Shown piece by piece: positions 1 to 13,805 of a stretch of DNA of 64,000 bases (the stretch's first letter is position 1; each line of letters begins with the position of its first letter). Location of the stretch: NCBI GenBank assembly GCA_051362555.1, contig CM120640.1, positions 22,010,001 to 22,074,000 of the forward strand, in the 5' to 3' direction. Both the position numbers and the translations under genes were made by a program. The notes beneath the pieces are model-generated. The model did not search any database. It was not told the DNA's origin and saw nothing but the letters and a program-made list of their open reading frames with translations. This DNA is from Lingula anatina. Taxonomy: Eukaryota > Animalia > Brachiopoda.

Positions 1-2839
1 GCATACTTTCTAAGGATCATTGGAATAGGACGATATTTAAACAACAGGTTGGACAAGTCTGTGCCTTACCCACAGTACTGTCAACTGTGGTTCCAGAAGA
101 AAGATGGAAACACCGTGAAGGTCTACAATGAAGTGGTGCCCACTGTGGTACAAATTATGCCAGAACAGAAGTCAAAAAAGTAAGTAAATTTTCTATTTGA
201 ACATCTTAGTCCAAACTTTTATATCAATGTCAGTTTCCATTTTACACTTATAGCCAATGTAAAATGAACCAAATTTCAATGCGTGTGTTTCCAATTAAAT
301 TGTACTAAGACTCTCTACATCTATATTGGACTTTATAGTTACCTATAACATAATGAAATAACATGATTTCAGTGCATGCTTATTAGCTGAAAAAGACCAA
401 TTTACACATGATATGAGATACATAACTAAAATGCAGCACTACTAAATTATAATTAAAAATATTGCAACCCTTTATTATCATCCAGATACCCAAAAATGAG
501 GTTTTTCCTGCATCTAATTATTTCATAATCCATCTATCTTTGTGCTGATTTAAAACAATAAAAATATAAAATATTGGCATTTATATTTGTCATTGCAATG
601 TATAAGCATAGGCAACTAAAAGCTTTAAACTCAATTTAACATATGTCTATTTTGAGGTGAGATATCAATCGGTATGGGGCGTAACTTCCTCCCTGGACAA
701 GATTTTATCACGAAAATTGGCAGAGTTGACCAGAAGTGTATAAGTTACAATCTCGTGCTGTTATTTTGGTTTAAATGTTTTTGTTAAGCCTCTAATTACA
801 GATTTTCATCAAACAAAGGCTTTATTTTGCTTTATCAATGATAAAATGTGAACTAAGAATTTCAACAAAAATCAATGGCAGAGTTTAAGACTGCATTCCC
901 ACATATTTTAGATCAATCTATCTCCGTGGGAACTCACTACATTACTGTCAGCTTAGCCGGCTTAAATGTCTGTCTCCCCTACTAAAATCTGTAAGGGGGT
1001 AATTAACTTCCGTGTGCACTCAGCTGACATCAATTTAGCTTGAACCCCCAGGGAGTTAGGTTGATCCAGATGGATTGATCTAAATCTGTGGGAATGCAGT
1101 CTTAGAGTACTTAATGGTATCATTAAATTGGCGTTAAAACAGTGATCGTGCTGCATAGGTAAAAGAGAAATATGAGAAACCAATTTTTCAGTCTTTATCC
1201 CAAAATCAAAAATATGACATCACCCTTAAGTTGACATATGTGCGAATGTTAATTAATTTAGTCACTGAACACTGAAGATTTATTTATTGCCCAAAAGAAT
1301 GTATGTAAGGTAGTAAATAAGGAGTTTTGGGTGAAGGATGACAGTATCCTTAATTAATTTAGTCACTGAACACTGAAGATATATCTTTTACCCTAAAGAA
1401 TGTATGTAAGGCAGTAAATAAGAAGTTTTGGGCAAAGGGTGACAATATCCTTAAAAATCATTTTATGAAATGTTTTTTCTAATCATGTGGTAAGTATTAT
1501 ATATATAAAATATAGACCAGGCTTTGACCACAGCTAGTTCATCTGTTAAATTGCCTCCTCAGAATAATGCAATTTCCTTCCACTAACATTAATCAACTCT
1601 GTTGGCAGCAGTTTTTAGATGAGGAAATGTTAACATCACAAATATCTGGAGTGAAACAAAAAGGAAATATTAACATCACAAGTATTTGGAGTGAAACAAA
1701 AATTTAAACCTAAAACCTGTTCACAAATTATCTAATGAGTTACATGTAGTGTTCATTTTGTAGATTTTCCAAAAAATCCAACTGATGACAATACATCTGA
1801 AAATAATTTCTGTATATTTTTCAGGTACCATCCCGTTCTTTACTTATGCTATGGCCCAAAGAATTACAAACTGAAAACAGTTCCATATGCTGTGTCTCTT
1901 GTGGACAGTAAATGCAAGAAGCCACTCAATTTCCTTAAGGTTGTCAATACCAAAGAAGAAGCAAAAGGAAAAACACAACTAGATTTCGGGGTTTGTGTCA
2001 CACCATTTAATTTCAACTACAATAAAACACTGAGTTTTGTAGAAAATCTTGAAATACAGAAAATGTTTGGAGCACAACATTTCACTTTCTACAATTTCAG
2101 TCTCAGTGATAAAATGAAGCCAGTGCTGAACTCTTATGCATCAGAAGGAAACATAAGTGTCATTCCTTGGCCTCTCCCTCCACACTTAAAGGTAGACATT
2201 TGGCCTCCCAATAAAAAACATGTACCTAATATATTCTATTTTGCCCAATTGGGAGCCCTAAATGACTGCCTTTACAGGAACATGTACAGATTCAAGTACT
2301 TGCTCTTCTTGGATTTAGATGAAATTGTTGTCCCTAGAAAAGATAAAACCTGGAAAGAGATGATTGAATCAGCTGCAAAAGTCAAAGGGTTTACTAAGAA
2401 TGCAACTAGTTATATGTTCAGAAATACTTTTTTCCGATTAGACTGGGGACTGCTGAGTGATGACAGCCTTTCTGACAAGAGGATACAATTATATCACCCT
2501 TATTCCTTGCTGTCTGTCAACAGGGAGAAAAGAATATGGAATGCTGGCTCTAGATCAAAATACATGATAGTTGATGCCCAATGTGTCTCTGTGGTTGGTG
2601 TTCACCAAATATGGGGATATATAAGTGGAAAGCGTTGCTACAAACACAAATCAATGATAATGCCTATCAACATAGGACTACTTCATCACTACCGCAACTG
2701 GAAAAAGCCAGAGCAGAAAAAACATGATGCTATGATTAAAGACAACAATATCTTCAGGTTTAAAGATAGTATAATCAGTAGGATAGAAGACAGGTTCAAG
2801 AAAATAACATCACAAGGACAAATAGAATTTATCCAATGA
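1..2839 (+). CDS. Glycosyltransferase family 92 / DUF23 protein (galt-1-like beta-1,4-galactosyltransferase), 5'-partial; exons <1-179 and 1825-2839
   Basis: Frame 1 is open from base 1 to a GTAAGT donor at 180. It joins in phase at TTTTCAG|G (1825) to ORF 1892-2839. GT92-type motifs: FGVCVTP, FGAQHFTFY, QLGALNDCLYRNMYRFKYLLFLDLDEIVVP (DxD), RSKYM, LLHHYR. Confidence 0.85.
639..1241. mobile_element. Possible old non-autonomous DNA transposon with degenerate terminal inverted repeats; hosts the MITE at 886-1104
   Basis: ACATATGTC..GAGGTGAGATATC (639-666) is a degenerate inverted copy of ATGACATCACCCTTAAGTTGACATATGT (to 1241). Confidence 0.3.
886..1104. mobile_element. MITE family A (about 210-245 bp, possibly PIF/Harbinger), copy 1
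   Basis: TIRs TAAGACTGCATTCCCACA..TAGATCAATC and GATTGATCTAAATCTGTGGGAATGCAGTCTTA. Internal sequence is shared with the copies at 2890, 4946 and 24451. Confidence 0.8.
1249..1452. repeat. Tandem duplication, two units of about 101 bp
   Basis: AATTAATTTAGTCACTGAACACTGAAGAT occurs at about 1251 and 1352, and the similarity continues downstream in both units. Confidence 0.8.
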
Positions 2840-2889
2840 ATGTGAATAAAGAAACAATATTTTTATGTTATTGCCAAAACTGTAAAAAA

Positions 2890-3100
2890 CATTCCCAGAA
2901 ATTTAGATCAATCCATCTGGATCGACCTAACTCCCTGGGGGTTCACGCTAAATTGCTGTCAGCCGAGTGCACAGGACAGTTAATTACCCCCTTACAGCTT
3001 TTAGTAGGCGGGACAGACACTTAAGCTGGTTAAGCTGACACCAATCTAGTGAGACTCCCCAGGGGGATAGATCGATCTAAATATCAATGGGAATGGAACC
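2890..3100. mobile_element. MITE family A, copy 2 (inverted relative to copy 1), in the presumed GT92 3' UTR
   Basis: Ends CATTCCCAGAAATTTAGATCAATCC and GATCGATCTAAATATCAATGGGAATG. It is the reverse complement of the 886-1104 element. Confidence 0.8.
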
Positions 3101-3359
3101 TAAGTTTGAAGATAGTATGTCACACATTTTCAATGTATTGTGTTCACAGTTAAAAGTTCATGTCAATGGCGATGACAACAAAACAGGTGATGACTATATG
3201 TACAGACACAGCATGTATGTACATAAAAAAGTCTTTTTTTATTCAAATGCAATAAATGACATTGTATTAAATTCAAACACCATTTTCAACTCAAGTCTCA
3301 GAAATAAATTTATATTATCAAATTTGAAGAACCAGGAGTAAAATATTATTTCTTAAATT

Positions 3360-4351
3360 AACAAGAGCATCAGAGACGATACCGCCTCCGGATATTGTAC
3401 CACCAGCTGGGGTAAGTGCATTCAGAAAATTTGAATGGTTCAGTTCATGGTGAAAAGTAGGTCTAAAGTCAATTTCAAGGTCACAGTGAGATTGCCAGTA
3501 TATGACTTCCTATTCAAGTTCAATAGTAACAATGGGCATGTCTCTGCTAATTTTGGAGTAATTCACATTTTGTTTTCACCACTGAATATTGCGATGTTGT
3601 ACTTTTTATATAGCGCAACGCCTAAACCATATCAAAAACAAAAAAACTGACAACACCTCCAGTATTGCACTTGACAAGTTCTACAAATTGCAAAAAACAA
3701 AAGGTCTCTAGCATCTACGGTTCCAGAATTAGAGATAGTTATCAGTTTTGGAATCTAATGGCTGCTTCTCCCATGCAAAAAGCATCGATTGACCCCAAGC
3801 TCCCAAAGATGGAAGGAGTCCCTGATTGTAACCCCTCACTATAATAATGAGAGCTTAGGTCTGTGTAGTTTCTGAAAATTGGTACAAACAAATATTTTTT
3901 TTGCAGAAAATTCCCATTTTTTGAAAATTGTGGCCCGTTTGACCTTGAAATAAAGGTCGAAAGTCAAATCCAAGGGCATATATGGAATCTCCACATATGA
4001 CTTTCGGTCAGACTTCTGTAGTAATTTTCCCATAATACCTTCAGTTTAAGAGAAATAAAAATAGCATTGAATTTTCAAAAATTTTGACAAGGGTGCATTT
4101 CAACGAGTGTCACGCCCACGTCAATGCACCGGCTGAGACATAAATACCAGGGGGTTCAAGTTGAGATTATATGTGACCTAAATCCAAGAGATGGGGACAC
4201 AGGTCCTTGCGGTCTAGGAGGAGAAGAAGGGGTAATGGTAAATTGTATCCGACGACACCCTGCGGAGCCAATGAAGCCGGCGGAGCTGTAGGAGACAGGT
4301 CGGGACTAAAACCATGAGTACTGCCAGTGTACACCCTGGTGGTACTAATAA
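3360..4351 (-). mobile_element. Non-autonomous Helentron/HINE-like element, short copy with one satellite unit
   Basis: Starts AACAAGAG..GATACCGCCTCCGG..TGTACCACCAG and ends GTACTGCCAG..CTGGTGGTACTAATAA (subterminal inverted repeat plus terminal hairpin), inserted in an AA/TT site. Colinear with both ends of 15181-20732. Confidence 0.75.
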
Positions 4352-4411
4352 TACATTGTTAGCACCAATGGCTACAGCCTAGGTCAAATCCTTTTCATTG
4401 ACCACAGTCAC

Positions 4412-4461
4412 AGATCATTAAGCTCTCCTGATATTCATATATCAGGAGAGCTTAATGATCT
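4412..4461. repeat. Perfect 23-bp-arm palindrome with 4-nt loop
   Basis: AGATCATTAAGCTCTCCTGATAT-TCAT-ATATCAGGAGAGCTTAATGATCT. Confidence 0.9.
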
Positions 4462-4945
4462 CCTGATATTCATATATTCAGTAGATATAGGTCAGCATTC
4501 TATTTCACGTATAGCTACTTTTGTAATTTTCACTGCAAGTAAAACTGGGTTCCCATACCTAGATCGATCTAACAGGATCTACAGTTAGTATGATAGGGTC
4601 TGGGAACAGTCCCTTACACTCAGTAGCATTCTGTGTACTATAATAAGACAACGAGGCCACCTGTGAGAAAATATTTTAAATGAATTAAGATCCTCCTCCA
4701 CAACCCATTAGGAAAAGTAAATACTGCTGTAGGAGGAAATATTAAAAACACATCAGTCATCTACTTAAAAGTTGTGGGTGCTTCAATGGGTTGTACCAAT
4801 AATAAGTTGTAATTCTTGATAACAGAAGGATTCCACAGATATTGTGATGAGATAAATATGTTGACCTTCTACACTTTCTTGCAAGCAACTGGAAGAAACA
4901 AAGTCAATTTAAGTAATGGGTACAAAATTGCTCTGCTGTGTTTCA

Positions 4946-5158
4946 CCCCATTTCCATAGATAAGATCGACCTACTTTAGATCGACCTAACTCCCTGGGGG
5001 TTCACGCTAAATAGCTGTCAGCCGGGTGGACACTAAAGTTAAATACCCTCTTAAAGCTTGTAGTAGGCGGGACGGACATTTAAGTCGGATTATCTGAAAG
5101 TAATCTAGTGAGACTCCCCGCGGGGATAGATCGATCTAAAATCTATGGGAATAGAGCC
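4946..5158. mobile_element. MITE family A, copy 3
   Basis: AGATCGACCTAACTCCCTGGGGGTTCACGCTAAAT core, ending GATCGATCTAAAATCTATGGGAATAGAGCC. Confidence 0.75.
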
Positions 5159-6020
5159 TTTGGGGTGGTTATGTCCATCTTCTTATGCTTAGCAATAAAA
5201 ATTTCCATGATCACATTCAGAAGTTATATAACTTCCAATGTTTTTTTTAAAGTTGCCTAGATAACATTTTAGAAATTTTACAACATGCTTAGTAAAAGAC
5301 TACTAATAATTCCTTGAAAAAAATCTTATTCCTTAGCAACCTCATGCTTTTGAAGCACTGTCAAGTATGAAAACACTGATAGTAGTGTTATTATCACAAA
5401 ACTCTGACAACAGCAGCTTGTGCCCTGTTAGGATTCCCCATCATTAAATTATTGTTTCAGTACTCAGAGCCACAGCAGTTCCTGCTGAATATTCCCAGGC
5501 TATCCAATCTCCTGGATTTATACTAATCAAGAAATAAGGGTTATAAGGGATGGTGGTGGACTAATCAATCAATGGGATTCCTTTTCTCTTCCTGCCACAA
5601 TTTAACTGCCTAAAGATCAATTGAACACACTGGGAGAGTTAAATTTTCAGAAATGCAATAGTGTTGTTGCCAGGAGACTGCTGTAGAAATACCCTGTATT
5701 GATATTCAACAACAACAGTATCAGCATAATATAACACAACTTTTGTAATCTCCCAAAATGGAGGAGAGAGACAATTAACTGGTACATAGACTGAAAATGT
5801 TCATTTAATAGCACATTATATCAAACAGTGTTTCTGGAATAGTTGTACTTACCCTATTGGCTACAGAAGCATAAATGAAATGAAAATTGTCATTTCAAAC
5901 ACAAAAACATAAGTGCATAAACTTAATGAGGGACCTTTTTTTGGTTGCCATGATTATTGGGATATAATGTTGGTGTCTCAAAATGTATGCATGTGCAACA
6001 ATGGTCATAGTAATACTTAC

Positions 6021-6245
6021 CCATATTTGTAATTTCACACGTTTGTCTTGACGAAATACTGTTTTAACTTTGAAATCTATTCCCACTGTGCTGACAAATG
6101 CTGATGTGAAGGAATCATCTGCGTATCTAAAGAGAAACGAGGTCTTGCCTACACTGCTATTGCCAATGATCAGAAGCTTGAACATATAGTCGAAATTCTG
6201 GTCTGCTGCATCTTTCTGCCATTTTGAATCATTTGCAGACGCCAT
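6021..6245 (-). CDS. Rab3: Ras-related protein Rab-3, first coding exon; the remaining exons were not found and presumably lie left of the window
   Basis: Translates to [75 protein letters not shown], the Rab3 N-terminus and P-loop. Acceptor TTCTAG lies directly before the ATG and a GTAAGT donor follows W. Confidence 0.95.
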
Positions 6246-7336
6246 CTAGAAGGACAAAAAGCATATCTTAAAATAAAACATTCACCTTTTTTTCCTCAAT
6301 GAAAATAAATATTGTTGCAAGAATGGGAATCATCAAAGATAGCCCAATCTTAATTCTGCAGGATTTGGAGGAGAGTGGGGTCAGTGAAAAATGGAGTGAA
6401 TGCCATGCAACAATGTGTGAAGGCAATAGAATTTATCTATGGATGTTTTTCTAGTTGGTTTTCCTTTAAGTTCTGGCAAAATTAGGCTTTTGCAGATCAG
6501 AATGTGTTCACCATGTATTAGCAAGTTACTTCTGTATTGCTTTCTGTTTTTAAGACAACATTCTCAGCATACATTTTCTTGTTTATTATGGTGTCACACA
6601 GTCCCAATAGCCCGTTTGTTTTATTATTATTATTTTACCATCTATTTATTTATTTTTTTGCTATTTTGGATGATTTCCATTACAATCAATCACAGGCACC
6701 AAGGTAATGTTAAATATGACTTTTTGTCTTCACTATAATGCTGACAGCCCTTCTTGTATTTTTGTCCTTCCATCTGATATACTCAGGTATATTTGTGTAG
6801 TAAGTTAAATGGCATCTTTCCTTCTTCTGCACTTCACTCAGCTGCTAAAAGCATGACCAAACCACAAAAACACAGTTTGAGTAAAATTCTTTGTTCATCT
6901 CTCCCATGGCATTAGTATCATAAGACCAAGAACTTTCCAAACTTTCCGAGTATTAGTGAACTTTTTACCATGATAACTGCTCCAGCCATGCCTCTGCCAC
7001 CTGCTGTACTCCTACTATGCAATGGACGACTTCCAGTTTAAGCCATACCAATGGTATACTTGATATATATAAAATATCAAGAACTAGGGCACACAATTTC
7101 TATTCAATGATGATACTTAATGGGAGGGTTCACCAACCTATATTACCCTTAGGATGGTGTGTTGATGGACACATTACATTATTTATGATATCATGCAAAC
7201 TGAAATATAAATTGGACATTTATATGTTTCTCCTGTATATTATTAATTGTTAAATAAATAGACTTAAAAGCATGAATTTACTATTTTGATAATAAAAGCA
7301 GTAAGTTGTTGTCCAAATATTAAATCATATATGAAA

Positions 7337-7529
7337 GAGAGTAGGGAATACCTTTTGCGTTCTGCGTGATTTTCCTTTTTTTTCGAGCATGATCGTTATT
7401 TGAGCCCAATATTCTGCTTGAAACGTGATTCAGGAAATCTTGGTGATTGACCTGAATATATCTTCGTGATTGGTGATTGAGCTTCATGATTGGTGATTAA
7501 GGGGGGGGGGGGGGATATTCACTACCCTC
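7337..7529. mobile_element. Small TIR element remnant with internal CGTGAT/GGTGAT repeats
   Basis: Inverted ends GAGAGTAGGGAATA and TATTCACTACCCTC; poly-G near the right end; no clear TSD. Confidence 0.4.
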
Positions 7530-10514
7530 ATGGTCTTGTTGTAAAATGTGAATATACTGGAGTATTACTTCAGTAATAGCACAGCTGTGTTTCATGCAGC
7601 TGGCTTCATGGCAAGATATTAATATAAGTTACAGACAAAATACCTTACATTTCTAGCCACCTAATATATCAAAGTGAAAAATACTTAAACCAGAACAATA
7701 CATTGTCTTTTTTTAACCTAGATAAGACATATCTTAAATAGTTACAGCAAATTCATTTGCATTCAAGCGGTACTTGGGAATAGACATGGGATATATCTCA
7801 GCATTATTTCACATTCCATATAGAGAGTGCTTTACATATTGGTATGTATTCAATCTGAAACCAGTAGACCTCCATTGCTGATATAATACTATTAGAAAGA
7901 CACACAAGAGGTTTTGCAAAATTAGCTTATTGCAAGTGGAAATATCCTGTTGTAAAATTATTAAATACAAATGTTATATAATTTATCATGTACTTGTGCA
8001 TTTCATCTGCACTCATCACCATATGTTATCACAATGTACCCAAGAGGTGTATGATACATTTACTTTAACAAAAGAATCTACACACAGTTATATAGTATAA
8101 ATTCATGCTAGAGATAGCAGGCATTGCCTTTCTGTGAGATCAGGTATGACTATATTTTTATATATAAAGCTGCATGACTGGTTTAATTTGATGAATCACT
8201 TTAATTTCATCATTCCACTTGTGCATTATGTTCAGCAAGTTCACTTTGTTTAATATCCCATGGGAAGAACTACATTGATTTCATGGTCTCTGTTTCCTCT
8301 CTCTTTGAAACTCCTTTAAGATACAACCATGATGACTTTGCACTCATCTCAGTCTTCACCTCCCTTCCCTCAAACCCATACCCACTAACCAAGTACGAAA
8401 ATTATGTACATATTACAAACTTTCAGTGCTTCTACGGATATCAAGAAATATCAATACTACACGAATTATTATGAATGTGATATACAATTAAAATGTTACC
8501 TGTACTTAACATGGCAAAAAACATAACATTTTTCAAATATGTTTGACAAAATTAGTCTCAATCTATAAATCCCCAACACAATTTCTAATTGTGACCTGTA
8601 TATGCAATGCATGTCAATTATTCATAGAGGGATATATAGCAACATCATGGTTAGCTAGAGCTACATTTTAAAGACCCTCCTTCATTGATTCAATATATAT
8701 TTGTTCTTGGCAGCATTGATCTTCATATCCTCATGATAAGTGTACATTTAACACCACACATAGATTTTCTTTGTGCTGTCAGCAAGGGGAACACATTCGC
8801 TACACAACATACCATATGCCAGTTTTTGTGTATGAAATACTAATTATAAAATAATCCATACACCTTCTATCACACGGAACCATTGTAATCAATACAGCAG
8901 CTGTGCAATTACAAAGTCATATATTCCAGTAGTGGTCTACATGCAGTAAGAAACCTTAACAGCAAACCACAGGGGTAAAATTTCATGAAATTGACAAAGC
9001 AAGTCGTTTGATCCATATCAGTTACTTTCAAATGATCTTCTTATTCTAATGTAAAAGTAGAAAACGCTGAGAAAATAAAAAACTTTTGAAGTGCTGACAT
9101 TCGTCTTTTAATCATGCTAATATATTCAAAAATACCTACCTTGCCAACCAAACTGCTATCTATACTTTGGGCTTTCCCAGATGACTTTAAAAAACCAAAA
9201 AATTAACTTGTAATGTGTAAATTATGTCCTTCTGTGTTAGGTTTCCTGAGAGCTTCAAATGTGACTGCCTCCTGTATGGTCAAGTACACATGCAAGTATT
9301 AAGCAGTGATCAATAAACTTACCATGAATGTAGAATTTTGAAGCCAGTGGGAAAGGGAATGACGTCAATACTGATCCAGAAAACAAATGGGATGCTCCTA
9401 CACAAACGCATTCTAAAATTGCTATAGTAACCACACACATTCGATCCCATTTTTAGAACTTGGGTATTAAATGTTGCTGTACTCAGCATTAAATATAGTC
9501 TAAAATAAACAGTTCAACTTGGTAAAACTGATATTAAGTATGGTTTTGCCTAAAGTGCTTTGATTGCTGTTAACTTCCTGCTAAAAAGACCCCTTTCTTC
9601 TACTTCTTCTAATGGTAATGGACAAACTATTACTGTAGTGTGCAAACTTAAAATTTAAATTATATGCAGTATCTTTTTCATGCATTTTACTAACCTTATA
9701 AGTCATTCTTCTTTAGTACGAACTAAATGCACTTAAGTTTACAAGACTTCCAGTAATTGCTTTTTGGGTGGAAAATCAATAATATACATGTATAAGACTA
9801 TCAAACAACCAACATCAGTTCTCATACCTTTCGATAAAAGTCCTTAGTTGCTTGTGTCTCCATTCTAGTCTTAAATAGCACACATACTATCAGGCCACCA
9901 TGCATTTATTGCAAGCAATAAACACCAGCATCGTAGTAGTGTTCTGAAAAATCCTTCAATTAGTAACTGAGGAATCCAGTTCTCTGCAATGCTGTTTTGA
10001 AGAAACTAGAAGCTTAACTGAGCTCATAGTTTAACTTTCACCAACCTGATGCATGTCAGTTACTGCATTTCAAGTAGCTCAGTGGTTGGTGAATGTGTAA
10101 GAATCTAAAGACTACAACTTTCCAACCAACATGTATGATTCATAAATATCTACAAATCAATAGAAAAACAGGTCAACGTAATTTGCATAAATAATTCAGA
10201 CCCTGTAAGTGACCACAAAAAAAGGGTCATAGCACATTCACAGCTTTATCAAATTAACGAGAAAATAAACCATAACATTTTACCAGACATATACTTTGTA
10301 ACAACAAAAACATTCTGAATTCAAGTAATGTATGCTTTTTTTTAGAAATAGAGAGACGCTGGTTCAAGGAGAATCTATTACCAAAGGAGAGGCTTTTCTA
10401 ATTTTTATTTAACCCTTTACAGTTGATCAAATTTGAGAAATGGAGAAAGGGTTTAGAATCAAGAGCAAATTTTGTTACAGTATAGACCTTTTCAGGCCCA
10501 AAAAAGCTGTTCTC

Positions 10515-10551
<37 letters not shown>

Positions 10552-10577
10552 ACACACATACACACACACACACACAC
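10515..10577. repeat. Poly-C tract followed by (CA)n
   Basis: More than 30 consecutive C, then CA dinucleotide repeats. Confidence 0.9.
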
Positions 10578-10810
10578 AAGCCCGACTATTGATCTATACA
10601 TTACGGGTTTAAAATCTTTCCATTAGTTAATTATGGTAATCAACTGCACCAAGAACATGTAACTTCACATAATGGGGTCAAATTAATCATAATTTGGAGG
10701 CTATTGCTAATTCTGGCTTTTGTTCAATGTTCTGTTTGGAATATCTGATGGAATTCTACTCCATCTTAATGATATAAGATCATCAAAAAATAATCTGCAC
10801 TGTTATGTAT

Positions 10811-11071
10811 GGGGACATTCAGAATGAGAAGATCTGAGTGCTAATTGGTCCACGGCCTTAATATGGCAGTCCTACATGAAAGGAAGACTGCTTAATCCTG
10901 TAATGGTCTCCCCACCCCTTTCACACCTCCCCACGCGTCGCCCCTGCAGGGGCACAGTAGACCATCACAGAGAGACCATTAGAGGATTAAGCGGTCTTCC
11001 TTTCATGTAAGTACACCATATTTAGGCCGTGGACCAATTAGCACTCGGATCTTCTCAATCTGAATGGCCCC
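10811..11071. mobile_element. Foldback MITE with about 100-bp TIRs and a 3-bp TAT TSD (PIF/Harbinger-like)
   Basis: TAT|GGGGACATTCAGAATGAGAAGATCTGAGTGCTAATTGGTCCACGGCC..GGCCGTGGACCAATTAGCACTCGGATCTTCTCAATCTGAATGGCCCC|TAT. Confidence 0.85.
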
Positions 11072-12169
11072 TATATCTTACCAAACCAGATCAACAATAC
11101 AGTATGAAAGCAATACTTAATCTACTTTTTTATATTTTGCAACATAACCTACTAGCAGAACAGCAAAAAGATTTTTTTCTCTTTCTGTCTCAAAACTTGT
11201 ATGTCACTGATGTGTGTTTCAATATAGTACTTATATTTTAATCATAGGCTGGTTTGTCATGTGCCCTATGCTAATCACCACAAAATTATGGTCTACAGGA
11301 ATGTATTGGCAAAATCTACAATGCGACAACACTGGTTTTATTGACATTCTTGCAGGCTGTGACATGCACTACTTATGAAAGCATAATAATAATATAATTA
11401 TCCTTATATTTTCCCCCCCCCCCCAAAAAAAAAAATCTGATGGGAAAAATGATAAGGCTATCAATTTGATCATTTGATGTTAATTAGCATCTCCTAATAT
11501 AAAAAGGCCCATATTTTTAATATAAGACTTAAAAGCAGACCAAACTGCTGCCTCAATACTGGTTGTGATGTTTGACAATTACACTACCTTTTAAATTTGC
11601 AGGTATTGACAAAGTATTTACATATTTAGCTCAAGGAAAATTTGGGATAAAAAGCCATTTAATAACAATAATAATGCACAACTGCTAACTTTGTGCACTG
11701 CAATCCCAAAAGGCTGAAGTTAAGGCTTCTGATACATGTAGGTTGATCTTTTACTTCAAGGTCACCACTAGGAGCTTATAGGACACATGTATATATTTAA
11801 TTCCTTTACCTTTATGTAGTTACAACTTCTTACTTTTGAAATTGACATATTACAGTGAGTATGAGCATGAAAAGTTGTTCACTTTTATAATCCTATCTGG
11901 CGTTTGAAAATGTTCTGAAATTCATGATATATATTTAAAAAAACTCCAGTGACATGCACTTTATGATATTTTGGTCTTTTGGCTAAAGATGGCAGTCCTA
12001 CAATCCCTCCATAAGAAACCACTAGCAACTACAAAAGGTTGACTGACCACTGAAGACCACTGAAACCACAGATACAAGCTAAGAGATGCACATGGAAAAG
12101 GTTATGTGAGATATGTATATAGCTAGTACATGTACATTGTACTGCACCAGTACATGTAATACTCAAGCA

Positions 12170-12920
12170 TCTCCAACGTATTTCGTAGTTATTGTGTAGT
12201 TACATCAAATAAATTATAAATTATGAAAAATAATATATATGGAAAGTGGGATACCTGTACCATCCCGTCTTGCCTCATGCTAGTCGTGTGTACTGCTACC
12301 ACCTGTTTAAGATGGAGTTGCCAAAAACAAACGGAAGCAAAAATGTGGAGCGGTGCGGTCTTATGATAATATAACAGTTGATGCACTCTCTTGTGTCTAA
12401 ATATTCCACAAGTATTTCCGATCACAATATATTTTATAACTCGACTTCTACATGAAACTAGCGAGATGACGGTCACGGCGACTCCGTTGATTTGATTGCA
12501 AATTACAGTCGATGCCGAATCGGCGAATGTACAAATCGCCTTGATGGGAAAAGCACATCATTTAAATGATTTTGATATTTTCTTCATTGTTCCTACGACA
12601 TCAAAGAATACAAAGGACATGATGTATGCACGCATAAAAGTGAGATATTGCAAATATCATTCTTACCTTCGTTAACCTGTGCGCTCTATATTGATTTCAC
12701 AGCAGATGATCAATAATGCGAAAAAATACCCGTATGTATAGCGAATGTGCTGCCTGCAATGTGTTAGGTGTCCTAAGAACTGCGCTTACATACCGTCCCA
12801 AAGATTTTAGACCTTGTCCTCTTTGTCCACTTTTATCCAAGATAAATTAGTTTTAAGACAATTAAATGAATTATTCTGCCTGATTTATAACCAAGGCTTA
12901 TGTTTTAGACCGAACTCGAA
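12170..12920 (-). promoter_or_regulatory. CpG-retaining region; probable Rab3 promoter and non-coding first exon (candidate donor AAG|GTAAGA at 12666)
   Basis: Local CpG excess compared with the CpG-poor flanks. The Rab3 ATG exon begins at an acceptor, so an upstream UTR exon is required. Confidence 0.5.
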
Positions 12921-13014
12921 ATGAAGTAAACCAAATTTAAGATAAAAAAGTCACAATTAAATTAAATGCCCTTTTTAAATACTAGATAAATTGTACATTT
13001 TATTATATGCCTCT

Positions 13015-13805
13015 TTGCCCTTTTTGCATTCATTAAATTACATTGTGAAGAGAATATTGACAGCATCAAAAATTATTACAGACGTTAAGTGAAATAATCT
13101 TTTAATTTAAGTTGACCATCAACTTAGCATGGACATGCATGTTTGCAAACATTTTTATTAGCTGTTGCAGGGTACTTTCTTAACAGGTCAGACACCCACA
13201 TCTCCAATGTACTTATCACACATTTTTATGCATATCACTTTTGTCCTCACTCATTCATACAAATACCATACCTACCAACATTCTTAGGACTGAGGTGTAC
13301 ACATTATACAAATACATGTACATGTAGCTATAGGGCTTAATTACACAAAGCATTTTGAGCACAGTTACTGTATTTTGTGGTCAGTCGGATTTGGAATTGA
13401 AGAAAATGCATTTCCCTGTACAGACAAAATGACATACAAACTGGACTTAAGAATGTTACTCCTGTATATTGTTTATTCTTAATGCATTTTAAGGTACAAT
13501 GTCTATTTACCTTTTTTGTATTAATTAGATTACATTGTGAGGAGGAGATTGACAGCATCAAAACTATTACAGATGTTGTAAATGAAATATTTTTTAATCA
13601 CTTTAAATTGCAAGTTAACCTTCCACCTTGCATGGACATGCATCATTTGAAAACAATTTTATTTGTAAGGTGCTTTAACAGGTCAGAAACCCATATCACC
13701 AAATGACCTTTAATAAATTTTCTTGCATACCACTCTTGTCCTCACTCATACATATAAATACCATACCTGACAACATTCCTACAATCCAGGACCGAGAGGT
13801 ACATG
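13015..13805. repeat. Diverged direct duplication of about 300 bp (about 13015-13310 and 13505-13805)
   Basis: Shared blocks ATTACATTGTGA, ATTGACAGCATCAAAA, GCATGGACATGCAT, TTTAACAGGTCAGA, TTGTCCTCACTCAT and AAATACCATACCT occur in the same order about 490 bp apart. Confidence 0.8.

Noticed and set aside
1340-1452. GTATCCTT / ATATCCTT motifs resembling U12 donors
   Set aside because: They lie within an intronic tandem duplication and not at an exon boundary.
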